Notes under the pieces: generated by a model
Told to the model about the DNA's origin: nothing
Seen by the model: the letters and a program-made list of their open reading frames with translations, nothing else
Database searches by the model: none
Assembly: GCA_950097015.1 (NCBI GenBank)
Contig: CATNEN010000005.1
Span: 2,046,001-2,110,000, forward strand
Reading direction: 5' to 3'
DNA: 64,000 nucleotides
DNA from: Macrostomum hystrix
Lineage: Eukaryota > Animalia > Platyhelminthes
In this document: positions 24,842-38,103 of the stretch, piece after piece
Layout of the letters: every line of letters begins with the position of its first letter
Numbering within the stretch: the stretch's first letter is position 1
Made by a program: the position numbers and the translations under genes

Positions 24842-27601
24842 ATGAGTGGCAAAGGCGAGGGCTTTAAGACGTTTTTGTTTACTTCTGAGTCTGTTGGAGA
24901 AGGACATCCAGGTAAAAAATACTATATTCAAATCATCTTTTGTGATTAATTGATTTTTGCTTTTGTTATCTCTAGCCTAGCTTGACCTATTCTGGTCACT
25001 TCGTCAACCATCCGACAAACAAATGCAACCAAACGGCAGTTGACGAAGTGACTAGGATCTCCTTAGCTAGGTCCTAATTTAAATTCATGTTAAATTATAT
25101 ATTTATTTTAAATAGTAATTTTCATGCAAAAAAAATAGAAATCCTATGAAATAAGAAGAAAACATTTTCTGGTTGTTTTTATTTTTAAGGTCACTTGAGG
25201 CCTTATTGCAAAATATTGCATAATTTTTATCACATTTTTATTCTTTGAATTCTAGGTTTACTAAGTAGTAAGATTTAAATATTCAAGAGTTTCAAATGTT
25301 ATGTTCCAAAGTATAACAAAGTATTAAGTAGTGTTGATTATTTTTTTTGATTTTGATTATTTATATTATTTGAGACTGAGAGTAAAAAGCTTTAATAGCT
25401 TTGAGGCTATCCTCAACTGGATCACAATTTATTATGGCATTTAAAAATCTGTGTGCTTTACTTTTAGTAATTACAACTACCAACATTTAACAGTATGCTA
25501 CTTACTCTACTCTTTGTGCTAGGCTATGCACTATCTTAAATCCTGTTACTTAGGATTTAAAAGAACTGAAAAAAATAATTGTGCATATAAATCTAGAAAA
25601 TTGCCCATGCCAAAAATAAAAGTCTACTTTATAACATAATGTGAAATAGACTTTGACATAACTAGCACATAATTTCATTAATTGATATTGACTTACACAA
25701 AAAATTGGTTAAACAGTCGCTTATATATATGTGTTTATATAGGGCCTATCTGTTGTTAGAGATACATGTATGCTATTTCTTAGGGTTTAGGCTTTTTTAA
25801 CTATTAATAATTTAATTATTAGGCAATGTTAAATCCATAACCCCTAATCATTTCTACCTTTAGGCTACACTTAAAACTTCTTGTAGGGATCACATGTTTA
25901 TCCTTTATCATTTATTAATTTTTCTATTAGCTTTTTGCAAAATAATCGATGTGTCACTCTAATTAACCTGCTATTCTGGTTTAATTAAAATCTCTAAACT
26001 GCACCTGACATTTTTAGACAAAATCTGTGATCAGGTCAGCGATGCTGTTCTAGATGCCCATCTAAAGCAGGACGCTAATGCTAAGGTTGCCTGTGAATGC
26101 TTTACCAAGACTGGTATGATCATGGTTGGTGGCGAGATCAGCTCCACCGCCATTGTGGATTATCAGCGCGTCATTCGCGAGACTATTCGCCAGATTGGCT
26201 ATGACGATTCTAGCAAAGGCTTCGACTACAAGACCTGCAATGTCCTGGTGGCGCTGGAGGAACAGAGTCCGGACATTGCACAGGGTGTGCACATTGCTCG
26301 TGCTGATGACGACATTGGCGCCGGCGATCAGGGCCTGATGTTCGGCTATGCCACAGACGAGACTGAGGAATGTATGCCGCTGACTATTGTACTGGCGCAC
26401 AATCTCAATGCCCGACTGGCTCAGTGCAGGCGCGACGGAACTCTGCCCTGGCTGCGGCCGGACACTAAGACTCAGGTTAGTAATAATTAAGCTCTAGTAA
26501 AGCACCAGAAGCTTTTGGGGGACTGAGACTGGGGTGGCCCTGATAACACCGAAGAACTAGATTTAGATTGTGTTCTTGAGTTGGCACTTCGCAATAGATA
26601 GTTGAAGCCTAATGATTAAAGCGTCGGACTCATATCTTGAACGTTTGGGATTCGATCTCCAACTCTACTAGAACAATTCCTTTAACAGTGAAACTATCAG
26701 GGGGAATTTCCACTTGACAGTTTTTTGTGCTGCACCCGAACGGAACAGCGGAAAAACTCAAGAAACACGGGCCAACTTTTTGTTGCGTATTTTCTGAAAC
26801 AAGAATCAAGTCGCCAGCTCTTCAGACCGTCGAGATATTCAATGCTTCTGGCCGAAGGTCTGATTTTTCTCATAAGCGCTAGGGTATTTCATACACCCCT
26901 ATACACGAATTTGCACTGCGCCTCAGTGCGGCCTTGAAAATTGATCAGCATGTCACCCGCATGTGCCTGCATCATCTCCGTCTTCATTGGTCACCTACCT
27001 TTATCTAGACGGATTTTCTGGAATTCAAAGGCTACAACAGGTGGAACTAGGCCACTATAGACACCTTGACGCGAATTTCTCCAATTGCACCGATAAAGCC
27101 AAAATATTAGGCGCAGCTCAACCACAGGACACCATCGCCTAGTCTGTCAACCAATCAGTCACCACCCAACGCTGTTAGCATTCAGGCGCTGCCAAAAAAA
27201 TTCCAGGGGGATTTCTCCCCTCTCCGTGCTATAATAACGTGCGTGGCAAAATGGCTTGGTAGTCCTATTGTTAACTAGACAAGACATGGGGCAGGTGTAG
27301 TAAATTATTATTAAAATATGTTAATTTATTAGAACTAACAATTATCGCCCCCATCCAGGTGACGGTTGAGTACAAGGACGAAAATGGTGCCTGCGTGCCT
27401 CAGCGCATTCACACCATCGTTGTTAGCACCCAGCACGACGACAACATCACCCAGGAGAAGCTGCGACACGATGTCATGGAGCACGTTGTTAAGGTGGTCT
27501 GTCCCAAGAACATGCTGGACGAGCGCACCGTATATCATCTGAATCCGTCTGGCAGATTCGTCATCGGCGGTCCTCAGTCCGACGCCGGCCTAACTGGCCG
27601 C

Positions 27602-27634
<33 letters not shown>

Positions 27635-28426
27635 GCTCACGGCGGTGGCGCCTTCTCAGGCAAGGACTTCAGCAAGGTGGACAGATCCGCCGCCTACGCA
27701 GCTCGCTGGGTGGCCAAATCTCTGGTTAAAGCTGGCCTGTGCCGACGAGTGCTAGTACAGATCAGCTACGCAATCGGTGTGGCCAAACCGCTGGCCGTCT
27801 ATTTGAACTCATACGGCACCGGTGCCCGATCTGATGAGGAACTGCTGCGCATCGTTGAGGCCAATTTTGACCTGCGACCGGGTCGCATTGTCAAGTAAGT
27901 CTGATTTTCTCATTTATACTTTTTTATTACATCCTTTAGTTAGGACAGTGATGACAGATTTGAAGAAAGAGATGAGACACAGTAAGGGATAAGACAGGGA
28001 AGAAATTATTCAGGAGACAGACGAGACAGGAAAGTGATGAGACGGAGAAATAATGAACGTGGAAGAGATAAGACGGAGGATAATGGCTAGGCGGAGATAA
28101 GAAATTAGAGATATACGAAAGAACAGGAGATAGAGATAAGTCACGAGAGAGATATGATAGTACTGGAGAGAAATCAGACAGGAGAGAGTCGAGACGGAGC
28201 AGAGTTATTATGAAAATGGGTCAGGGCTTTAAGGGGCGCATCCACCAGATCCCTAAGTAAGCTTTAGGCATTAAAAATACCAATCGACAAGTACGAGCTA
28301 AAATGGAATCTTGAACATTCCAGGGACCTGGAGCTGCGCAAGCCGATCTACCAGAAGACCTCCTGCTACGGCCACTTTGGCAGGCCTGAATTCTCCTGGG
28401 AGGTGGCAAAGAAGTTGCAATTCTAA
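24842..28426 (+). CDS. MAT: S-adenosylmethionine synthetase (exons 24842-24911, 26018-26475, 27359-27894, 28324-28426; 388 aa)
   Basis: [38 protein letters not shown] and YGHFGR. All three introns are GT-AG and in phase; CDS 1167 nt. Confidence 0.97.
26597..26668 (+). pseudogene. Degenerate tRNA-like sequence (CAT anticodon loop) in MAT intron 2; tRNA pseudogene or SINE head
   Basis: D-arm-like GCCTAATGATTAAAGC, loop CTCATAT and T-loop GGATTCGATCTCC; stems are mismatched. Confidence 0.35.
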
Positions 28427-30560
28427 GCGCACCATAGCTAGCCAACTTATTTTATGAGAAACACTACTGATAGTAGTCTAAGCTTCACCAGGCAATCTGA
28501 CTCTAATATGTACGCAAAAACGGTTTAATATTCCGCACATTATTCATTAAATTGGTAATTTTATTTTTCTCGGATTTTAACGACTTGGGTACCGACTACC
28601 GAACGACCTTTCGAATGTCATGTCGCCAATTACATATGGTGAATTAAGTCAGTTAAATTAACAGTAAAGAACTGTTTCATATTGCTCTGCAGACGAATTG
28701 TGTATGATTGAACGTTTGCAGTAACCGTTATCATTTTGCATCATCAAAAATTTTACACTGGGTCAAGTTTTTACGGTTATTAATCATATATTTCCAAATA
28801 CATAATCTCTGGTATTAAGACATGCTTTTTGTTGTCCGTGCGTTCGTAATCAAATCGTGTTAACTTATTTTCTCTCATGGTCTTGACTGTGCCAAGACTT
28901 TTGTTAAGGCTTGCTGCTTTTAGTTTGTTCCTGTCTTTTAGTGTCTCACTTCGATTTTCCAGCTACTTTTTGCCTTCTATCTAAGTTTTAATAAACTAGC
29001 TTCTAGTAACCGTGCAATCTGATGTTGCATTAGGCAGTGAGCGAATGGGAGTTAAACGTTTTGATGCGCTTGTGAGAGTTTTTTGTGTATTTTGCTTGAT
29101 TTGTTATAGTTTAAAACTGATCGAGCACATAATGATGTTTCAAATATATATATTGCCACCTAAATGAATACTGTTGGCGAAAATTAAGGTTAACATCAAT
29201 TTACAATCCTCTGTTTTCTTTCCTTTTTACATCTCCGTTAGTTAGGCCTATAATAATAAAGACAGTTACGCAATGTCGAAAAGTCAAGCTACATTCACGT
29301 TAATCAACTGTACAAAGTGAACCGACTATTTCTTCTAGAATGGGTCTACATAACATTATTTACCATGGTCGAGTACAATAATAGTGCTGGTAAATTTTAA
29401 TTTGACCAGTGCTTATTGAAGAGAAAAATAGCTATTCAATTTATATGCAGGGATCTAGGACGACAACAAAATGTCCCATCCAGTCCCGACTCCCTAGTCT
29501 GACAGACAAGTGGTCCACTTTAAAAGGCGCTTCGAACAACCGCTTTGTAAAAAATGATGATTGTCGCCACGTCAGAAACAAGATTTTAAACGTTTAGAGC
29601 TATTTAAAGGATTGTGAAAAAGGTATAATAAATATTTGGTATTTGATAATTGGCTCAGGCAAGCAGCCTGTTTGGCCAGTTCGATATTTATTTGATATAT
29701 TATAACCGATGTAAAAAAATCGAACATTAATTATCATTTGGGTTTTTAAAAAAAGAAAAAACGTTGCTTACAAACTGTTAAGTACAGAGAGAATTTCAAA
29801 GAATACAAAAAGAGGTACATCTAGTAATGTTTGGAAACTAGCAAATACAAAGATACTAATACAAATAACCAAAAAAGAAAAAAAGCAGAACAAAGAGGGA
29901 AAGTGGCACACAAAAGCTGTAGCTAGACAGGTAGACATTGAAACATTAACACACAAACAGGAAACCGAGGAGAAGGGGATGTGAGAAAAGTAAAAAGTAA
30001 AAAAATTCGAAATAAAATATCTACGCAAAAATGTTTAAAAAATCTAATTTATTTCGGGGAAATTAAAGACATAAAACAATGTGTTTAAAATATTTTTATT
30101 TTATGTTGTCAACAAAAATTAAAAGAGCACAACTTTTTACAATTTTATTTTACAAGTAAATAAAAATCGGCAAATTATACTTTTATTTTTACTTCGCCTA
30201 TTTACATGTGCGAATGAATTTGAATGCACCGCTTCACGCATGTGGTTTTAATGTTTCTTTTAGTTTCTAGTCTAGCAAAAAAGACTAGGGTTTGATTTTG
30301 TTGCATTTTTAAAGACGAAGAAAATATTAAAGGCAGTGGAATAATTACTCTTTTGTATGTTTGCATATAAGAAATATTGTAATTACAACATCTGGTTGCA
30401 AGTTTCTTACGATTCGGTTTTCGTAGTAGTTGGGCGTACGATTACATTTTAATTGATAGTATTGATTGTATTGTAAGCTGTTAGGGCGTATAGGCCTATT
30501 AAAATTTTTCCAGTAGGGCATAGTTCCATCAAAACACATATTTTACATGTTCTAGTAACC

Positions 30561-33500
30561 ATGGATGTTGCAACATACTTCAGACCATCCACTCTGTTGT
30601 GGTATTTTTTCGTGATTTTAGCGAGACTTCGGGATGATATTGTTTCCTTAATGAGGCTATTTATAATAAGATTGCCTTTATCTTACTTCTGGGGTAAATC
30701 AAACAACCTTGTTCTCTACATACACAATGCAACAAGGGACCTGTCAAAGTTACCAAAGCATATTTCCTTTATTGTTATGGAAGACGAAGTTGACATTGCA
30801 ACTATTAGTGAAGCAATTGTCTGGTGCATCATACTGGGCATCTCATGTATTAGTATCGCTGATAAGCAAGGTAAGTTTTTATATTTTTCCTTAATCATAA
30901 ACGTGGCATAATTCATAGGACATAGATTGGCCTATATAACTTTTTAGCTCAGGAAAGAAGCCTGTTTAGGGTAATGTATCATCAACCAAACAAGAATGTG
31001 TATTTTTTTAACCTCAAACCTAAGCTACAGATTTTCTATTTAAGATATGATGATAAATAAAAAGCCAAGTTATAGAAAACAGTTACATCTTTCTAAAAAG
31101 TATCTGCTTTTGCTATTTTATCAAATAGAAAAAAAGTTATTCCTGCTTTTTATCTAAAACCGAACAATGATTTTCATGTATCTTCAAACCAAACAGAGAA
31201 TTTGATGTTTGGTTTTACAATTTGAGTGAGTGGTTTAATCTTATTTTAAGGAGTGAACTATCATGAATTATGTCATTTGAAAGCATTTTTCATGTTCTAT
31301 AAATAACTACATTTATGGTCATTTAATTGGCAAGCAACCACATACAATCTTTGTTTAAAGTACATACTGAAAAAATGTTGTTAAAAAGTATGCTTTTGCA
31401 ATAAAAAATTCTACTAAAACATCAATATCTTTCTTTCCTCTTAATGCTTCATTGCACATCATGCCTCAGCTTGTAGATAATTTCTTCCACTTTCAAATTA
31501 GTTGTTCTGTGAAACACAATAGCTTGTTTCTGTCTTGCACGAGACCAAGGAAGAAGTCAAAATTCTTGTTCGGTTTTGAAGATACACTGTTTGGTTGATG
31601 ATACATTACCCTATCTAATTACAGAAGGAATTGCTTATTCCCACGGTCCTATGCCAATAATTTCAATTTTATCAACACAGATCTGTGCCGATAATTTTCT
31701 GCTTATCCACATGGCAGCTTGTATGAATAGGTCTAAAACTCTTTATATAAATATGCTGTGTTGTTAATTTCCATTTTATTCACATGGTTCTGTTCTTTGA
31801 AATGAGGCCCTTTTGTGTTTGAACATTTTGTTGAACCCTCAAGCCAATAGATCGACTAAGATACATGATACATCATTCGTTAAATTGTTTTTCTAAAAAG
31901 CTTCATTTAAAATTGATGTGAAAACATTGGTAAATCATTTTGAAACAATGAAACAATTAGAAACAATTATATGATAAACATCAAATGTCATGTTTAAAGT
32001 CTGCAGAACCACTAACCAGCTCATCCTTTTTGGTCATAGGCACTTCTAAGCATGTTGTTTTGCTTTAATCTCCATCTGAACTGAAAATTTGCCCTCAACA
32101 AGTTCCCCAGAACTCCAGAAGGAGCCCAAGTTTGTTATTTGCAAAAAAGCAACCATAGCCCTTAGGTAGGCCTAATGGTTAAAATTCCAAGTCATTGTAT
32201 TGATTTGAAATGCAACATTTTCAGAAAAACAGTTATTCAAAAATTATTCAATTATTCAAACAGTTAATCAACAATTCAAAAATAATGCCTAGATGATTTT
32301 ATTCTGTAACTTTTTGCCTTTAATTTTTAAAACAGCACAATTTTTACCACAAATTTTCAATTGCAATATGATATATTGATTGCTGATTTATAATAGTCTT
32401 ATAATTTTAGTATCTTAATCATTTATTTTGCTTTGTTGGTTCAAAATGTATGTATATACAAATATCCATGGTAAGTAAATAAGTTTGCAAAAAATGAAAT
32501 TATATAATGCAATTTATACATAAACCATGGCTATATTAAGTGAACTTTATCAATATCATAAAGCCTATTGTAGAAAAATTAAATTAAGTCTTACATATGA
32601 CATTTGCATATACTTTGCAATACTTTTCATAATTATATCAGTATAAAGTTGTGCTTTCTTAATCAAGAGTAAAAGTATATACAACCTAAGCTTAAATGTA
32701 TAAGCAGAAAGAAATACTAACTTTAAATGTAAAAAATAACTTTAACTGATTCAAGTTTGTAACATTGTAGCTCTGTAACAGTATTCTTTTATTTGATATA
32801 AGTTGTTTAGTTACTAAAAGTAATTACAAGTTATTTGTACACTAAAAGGATTGTGAAATTCGAATTTAAATTACTTAAAAGTAATATTTAATCCTAAAGC
32901 CTAAGTTGCAGTGTATTTGCAAATTATTTCTAATAGGAATAAGCTTAAGTTTCATTGTAAATCAATGGTAAATAGTATTCTTTATAAAACTATGGCACCT
33001 TTAGTTCTATAAAGTACTGGTTAAGAATTTAAATTAGTATGTTCTTATCACAAACTCTCGACCTCTCAGTCAGACATCGTATGCTCCAAACCGCTTGGTT
33101 ACAATCTCCATTATATTTTATTTACATACAGGCCTACTAAGCCGGCACAAGCAACAGCTCGACCGCCTTGTGACAACTCGTCTAGCCCAGTTAAACCTTC
33201 CAATCAAGGCATCAATTTATCAGCCGCTTATAGATCACCATAGCAACGGCATAGATGAAAGCAATAATCCAACAGTCTCTGTTGCTATCTTGTCTCCTAG
33301 TGCTGGTAGGCGACTTTTAGCCACCGCGGCAGTGTCATTAGCCAGGACTTCTAGTTCACAGCGTACAGCACAGTTGGCGACTCTGGCAGAAGCCGATCCC
33401 GCTGTTGATCATTATTGCGAGGTTAGCGTGCAATGCCTTGACCAGGCTCTGCGAGGTAGGTGATGCGTCCACATTTCATTCTATCTTGGGTATGCAGTTT

Positions 33501-34550
33501 TTATTTTTGTTTTTCTAGTTCTTAGATATCTAAATGCCATTATCTATCCCAGTTCTTATGGTGAGACCATTTCACCTCTTAGCTACAAGGTCCCTAAACA
33601 CCTAATAATGTAATAATAATTGCAGAAGGGTTGCAGGCAGTGGCACATCATATGGTGACACTAGACCCGCAGCCAGCGAGGAGGCAATTCTGCCCATTTC
33701 GCTGACTCCTGAGCACACACTCAAACACAGGTGTGTACATCTGCCCTGACTTTCTCATTGTCGGGCAGTATACACTCACTGTGTCTTCGAGGTTGGCCCT
33801 CAAGGGCGTAAATTGCACGACAAGCCCCAAAGCCTTCTCTCCGCGGCTGCGCCATAAATGAATGTGGCCTCGCCGCGGAATCGAGCTCAGGGACCTTGGT
33901 GCGAGAGGCAAACGCGTTAACGATAACCGCTTTGCCACTTACCCCTCCCTTACAGATCTATAGATCTGTAAGATTATTTAATTGTGTCTGAACTTAATTT
34001 CTGTTGTTTAAACAGGTGGATACAGATTTTTTTCTATGAATGGAATCGTTTAATTTAGCAGAAAGTAATTAGCTAGTCATTGTATTGTAAAAAAAGAATA
34101 GGTGACCCACTGCCCTAAAGTTAATTGTTTAAACAGCGTGTTTAAACAATATTCAGCACGAAGCATAATGCACCAGGTAGTTGAGAATCCTTTTTAAAAA
34201 AAAATCCATTTCCAGAATTATCCGGTTTAACAGACGCCGATTTGGCCTACCGTTTGGGCGCCACCGATTCACTGTTCCTGCCGTCGCCTTGGCACTTTCG
34301 ACTGGCGGAATTCTTGTGAGCTTTGAAGAAGCATGAGTATAATTCATATTCAGATTTATTTTGCGTAAATTAAATTATTTATTTTTTAACAAATTTATTA
34401 AATAGGCCTACTATGAGTAGTATGGTGCTTATATCAATTTTACTTATTTTATCGTGCAGCCAAGTCTCCACTCAGCGAGTTCTCACTCCGGAAGTTTTCG
34501 TTGACGGTCTGCGCTTCTACTCTCGAGTTGATCAACGACTGGGAAAATAA
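30561..34550 (+). CDS. NUS1: NUS1/Nogo-B receptor, cis-prenyltransferase (dehydrodolichyl diphosphate synthase) subunit (exons 30561-30870, 33132-33455, 34216-34315, 34460-34550; 274 aa)
   Basis: LSKLPKHISF...WCIILGISCISIADKQG, VAILSP, PWHFRLAEF and the C-terminal RxG motif QRLGK*. Phases are consistent; 825 nt. Confidence 0.9.
30969..31611. mobile_element. MITE with 24-bp perfect TIRs (GGGTAATGTATCATCAACCAAACA), flanked by TA, in NUS1 intron 1
   Basis: Exact inverted termini with TA on both sides. Confidence 0.75.
31633..31858 (+). repeat. Dispersed repeat (GCTTATTCCCACG... family), also at ~51145-51400 and inverted at ~51700-51812
   Basis: Colinear similarity among the three copies. Confidence 0.75.
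33600..33950 (-). mobile_element. Most complete tRNA-derived SINE copy, in NUS1 intron 2 (antisense)
   Basis: Minus-strand head with A-box TGGCAAAGCGG and B-box-like GAGCTCGATTCC, hairpin-rich body and ATT-rich tail. Confidence 0.8.
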
Positions 34551-35009
34551 GAGAAAAATGCCGACTGTCACTACTTACAGTAGATTGTACTCGTAGATGC
34601 CTCTTTCACGACGGTCGGTTCTACTATAAGAAGCCAGCTAATATTCTTAAATGGCTACAATGTGCAAGTTTATAAATTAATTTGCTGTTTCCTCCCCTTT
34701 TTGCTAGTTTTTTTTGTCTGGATAACATAATCGATTTTGCTTATTGATTAGTAATAGTATCTGAGTTTCTTAAAATCTAGCCATTTTTCGTTGTGTAAAT
34801 TCTATTCGGTTTTTACGATGTTTATTTAGTTTTATAAGTTACATGCTTCTGTCACAAATTTGAATATTTTTTATGAAGACAAGATTGTCCACTATGCGCC
34901 ATTGTAGGTTTCTAACTGATTGACATTCTATGATATGTCCATTATTTTAGTGTGCCAAATTTAGTATTTAAAAAAATAACGACGGGATTTCCAAAAATTA
35001 AAGGATTAG

Positions 35010-36668
35010 GTAATCGGGGGATCAGGATTGCCGGTCTCCCCAGATAGGATTAGTTAATCTGGTGATCAGGATTGCCGGTCTTCCCAGGATTGCTTCTCAG
35101 GATTTCCGGTCCTTCCAGATAGGATTAGTTAACCTGGGGATCAGGATTGCCGGTCCTCACAGATAGGATTAGTTAATCTGGTGATCATGATTGCCGGTCT
35201 TCCCAGGATTGCTTCTCAGGATTTCCGGTCCTTCCAGATAGGATTAGTTAACCTGGGGATCAGGATTGCCGGTCCTCACAGATAGGATTAGTTAATCTGG
35301 GGATCAGGATTGCCGCTCTTCCCAAATAGGATTAGTTAATCTGGGGATCAGGATTGTCGGTCCTCACAGATAGGATTAGTTAATCTGGGGATCAGGATTG
35401 CCGCTCTTCCCAAATAGGATTAGTTAATCTGGGGATCAGGATTGTCGGTCCTCACAGATAGGATTAGTTAATCTGGGGATCAGGATTGCCGCTCTTCCCA
35501 AATAGGATTAGTTAATCTGGGGATCAGGATTGCCGGTCCTCACAGATAGGATTAGTTAATCTGGGGATCATGATTGCCGGTCTTCCCAGGATTGCTTCTC
35601 AGGATTTCCGGTCCTTCCAGATAGGATTAGTTAACCTGGGGATCAGGATTGCCGGTCCTCACAGATAGGATTAGTTAACCTGGGGATCAGGATTGCCGCT
35701 CTTCCCAAATAGGATTAGTTAACCTGGGGATCAGGATTGCCGGTCCTCACAGATAGGATTAGTTAATCTGGGGATCAGGATTGCCGGTCCTCACAGATAG
35801 GATTAGTTAATCTGGGGATCAGGATTGCCGGTCCTCACAGATAGGATTAGTTAATCTGGGGATCAGGATTGCCGGTCTTCCCAGATAGGATTAGTTAATC
35901 TGGGGATCAGGATTGCCGGTCCTCACAAATAGGATTAGTTAATCTGGGGATCAGGATTGCCGGTCCTCACAGATAGGATTAGTTAACCTGGGGATCAGGA
36001 TTGCCGGTCCTCACAGATAGGATTAGTTAATCTGGGGATCAGGATTGCCGGTCCTCACAGATAGGATTAGTTAATCTGGGGATCAGGATTGCCGGTCCTC
36101 ACAGATAGGATTAGTTAATCTGGGGATCAGGATTGCCGGTCCTCACAGATAGGATTAGTTAACCTGAGGAACAGGATTGCCGGTCCTCACAGATAGGATT
36201 AGTTAACCTGGGGATCAGGATTGCCGGTCCTCACAGATAGGATTAGTTAATCTGGGGATCAGGATTGCCGGTCCTCACAGATAGGATTAGTTAACCTGGG
36301 GATCAGGATTGCCGGTCCTCACAGATAGGATTAGTTAATCTGGGGATCAGGATTGCCGGTCCTCACAGATAGGATTAGTTAATCTGGGGATCAGGATTGC
36401 TGGTCCTCACCGATAGGATAAGTTAACCTGGGGATCAGGATTGCCGGTCCTCACAGATAGGATTAGTTAATCTGGGGATCAGGATTGCCGGTCCTCACAG
36501 ATAGGATTAGTTAATCTGGGGATCAGGATTGCCGGTCCTCACAGATAGGATTAGTTAATCTGGGGATCAGGATTGCCGCTCTTCCCAAATAGGATTGGTT
36601 AATCTGGGGATCAGGATTGCCGGTCCTCACAGATAGGATTAGTTAATCTGGGGATCAGGATTGCCAGT
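35010..36668 (+). repeat. Intergenic satellite, 44-bp unit GGGATCAGGATTGCCGGTCCTCACAGATAGGATTAGTTAATCTG
   Basis: Direct tandem repetition, period 44. Confidence 0.95.
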
Positions 36669-37876
36669 TTTCGCAAAGGGGATCAACTATTATTTTAATT
36701 CTGTTAGATTTACCATTGTTTTATGTTACTTCTGAGCAAGAACAAATTGCATTAAACTAATCAAATTAGCCTTCACTGCTTTGTCACACTGATTACCGTT
36801 AGTACGTTGAAAATTAACTATTTCTGTTGCTAATCTTTTGCTATCCTGATTGCTTACATAGTTTTTAGAGTTATTGACATTAGTTAGTTTTAGCTGTCTT
36901 ATAGTCAATTTGAACACTTTGCATTACCTAAAGTTGTTTTAAATGGTCAAATTGTATTGCTAAGTTTCTATTTCCACGTCTGTAATTTTAGCGATTGGGG
37001 TGCTGGTACTGCTATAATTGTTTCTGTAATTTATCGTACATCATTTATAAGTTTAAAGTACATTGGGCTCTTTCACATTCTTATAAGTACGTTAATTTTA
37101 TTATTCTAAATAACACTAGTATTTTGATTCTAACACTTATTTTAAATATTTCTCCCCTTTTTTATTATCCCATTTTCCCGTCCTCTATTTTCCCACTTTT
37201 CTCTGCTCCTGTTGTCCCATTTCTCCTATCTTTATATATCAATATTCTTCCTCCTTTTGTCCCGTTTCTCCGTCTTGTTATCCCGATGTTGAATTATCTA
37301 ATTTCTCTATGGCATAAATCACAGGTTTGTTATTTTCTATTGATCTTATCTGCTTCTTTGTAGCAGGCATTTTTAATACTTAACAATGAGCAGTAATATC
37401 AAATGTGGCCCTATCATGCTATCTTTACGGTAGAGCTTAATTAAATTAACAAGGCTATGCAGATAGTGTTATATTCGCATCTTGAACGCAAATTAGAACT
37501 GTCATTATGTTATTGTTGTTTCCTGTAAAAAACTCCGATTATTTTCTATGGTCAAAAGTTAACACGTTCTTGTGTCTTTACTCTTCTTTATTTCAGGTTT
37601 ATTAAATCAATAACTTATGTAACACAAAGCTAGTTTGTTAAATAGGCAACTTAATTCATTTTAAATAGGCGCGAAAATTCGTCTTTAACGAGGGTCTTCT
37701 TTATTCTCTACCCCTGAACACGTGCGCCTGGCGTGACGGTCACGAAATTTCTTATCTTATTTCTCTCTCCCCCTCTCCCTCAAGCGGCAGTGTTTTCCAC
37801 TATTTTCGTGTCTTAAATTCCAACCCTAACCCTAGGCACTTAGATACCTCGCCACCCCAGCTCACCCACGCTGTAG

Positions 37877-37884
37877 TATAAATA
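37877..37884 (+). promoter_or_regulatory. Candidate TATA box (TATAAATA) upstream of ADK
   Basis: Consensus match in a GC-richer patch ~225 bp before the ATG, with E-box CACGTG near 37720. Confidence 0.4.
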
Positions 37885-38103
37885 GGGCGACACCAAACGC
37901 ACTCCAATAAATTTTGTCTCTGCCTATAATTCTCCGTTTTTTTACATTAATTAGATTTTTTAACAAATTCAAACAATTGCGCTTAACTACTAACTAGTCT
38001 ACTAAAAGTAGTGCAGTAAAGAATTAATTTGTGATTTTTTACAGACTCATTATTGACGAGAATTCGTCGGCTTTACTAAAAGTTAAAGGAAAATACAGCA
38101 ATT

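Noticed and set aside
26018-29800. METTL16-type UACAGARAA site for MAT feedback
   Set aside because: There is no intron at the VAC-E position where I recall the regulated nematode 3' splice site. The nearest look-alike, TACAGAGAG at ~29782, is imperfect and 1.35 kb past the stop.
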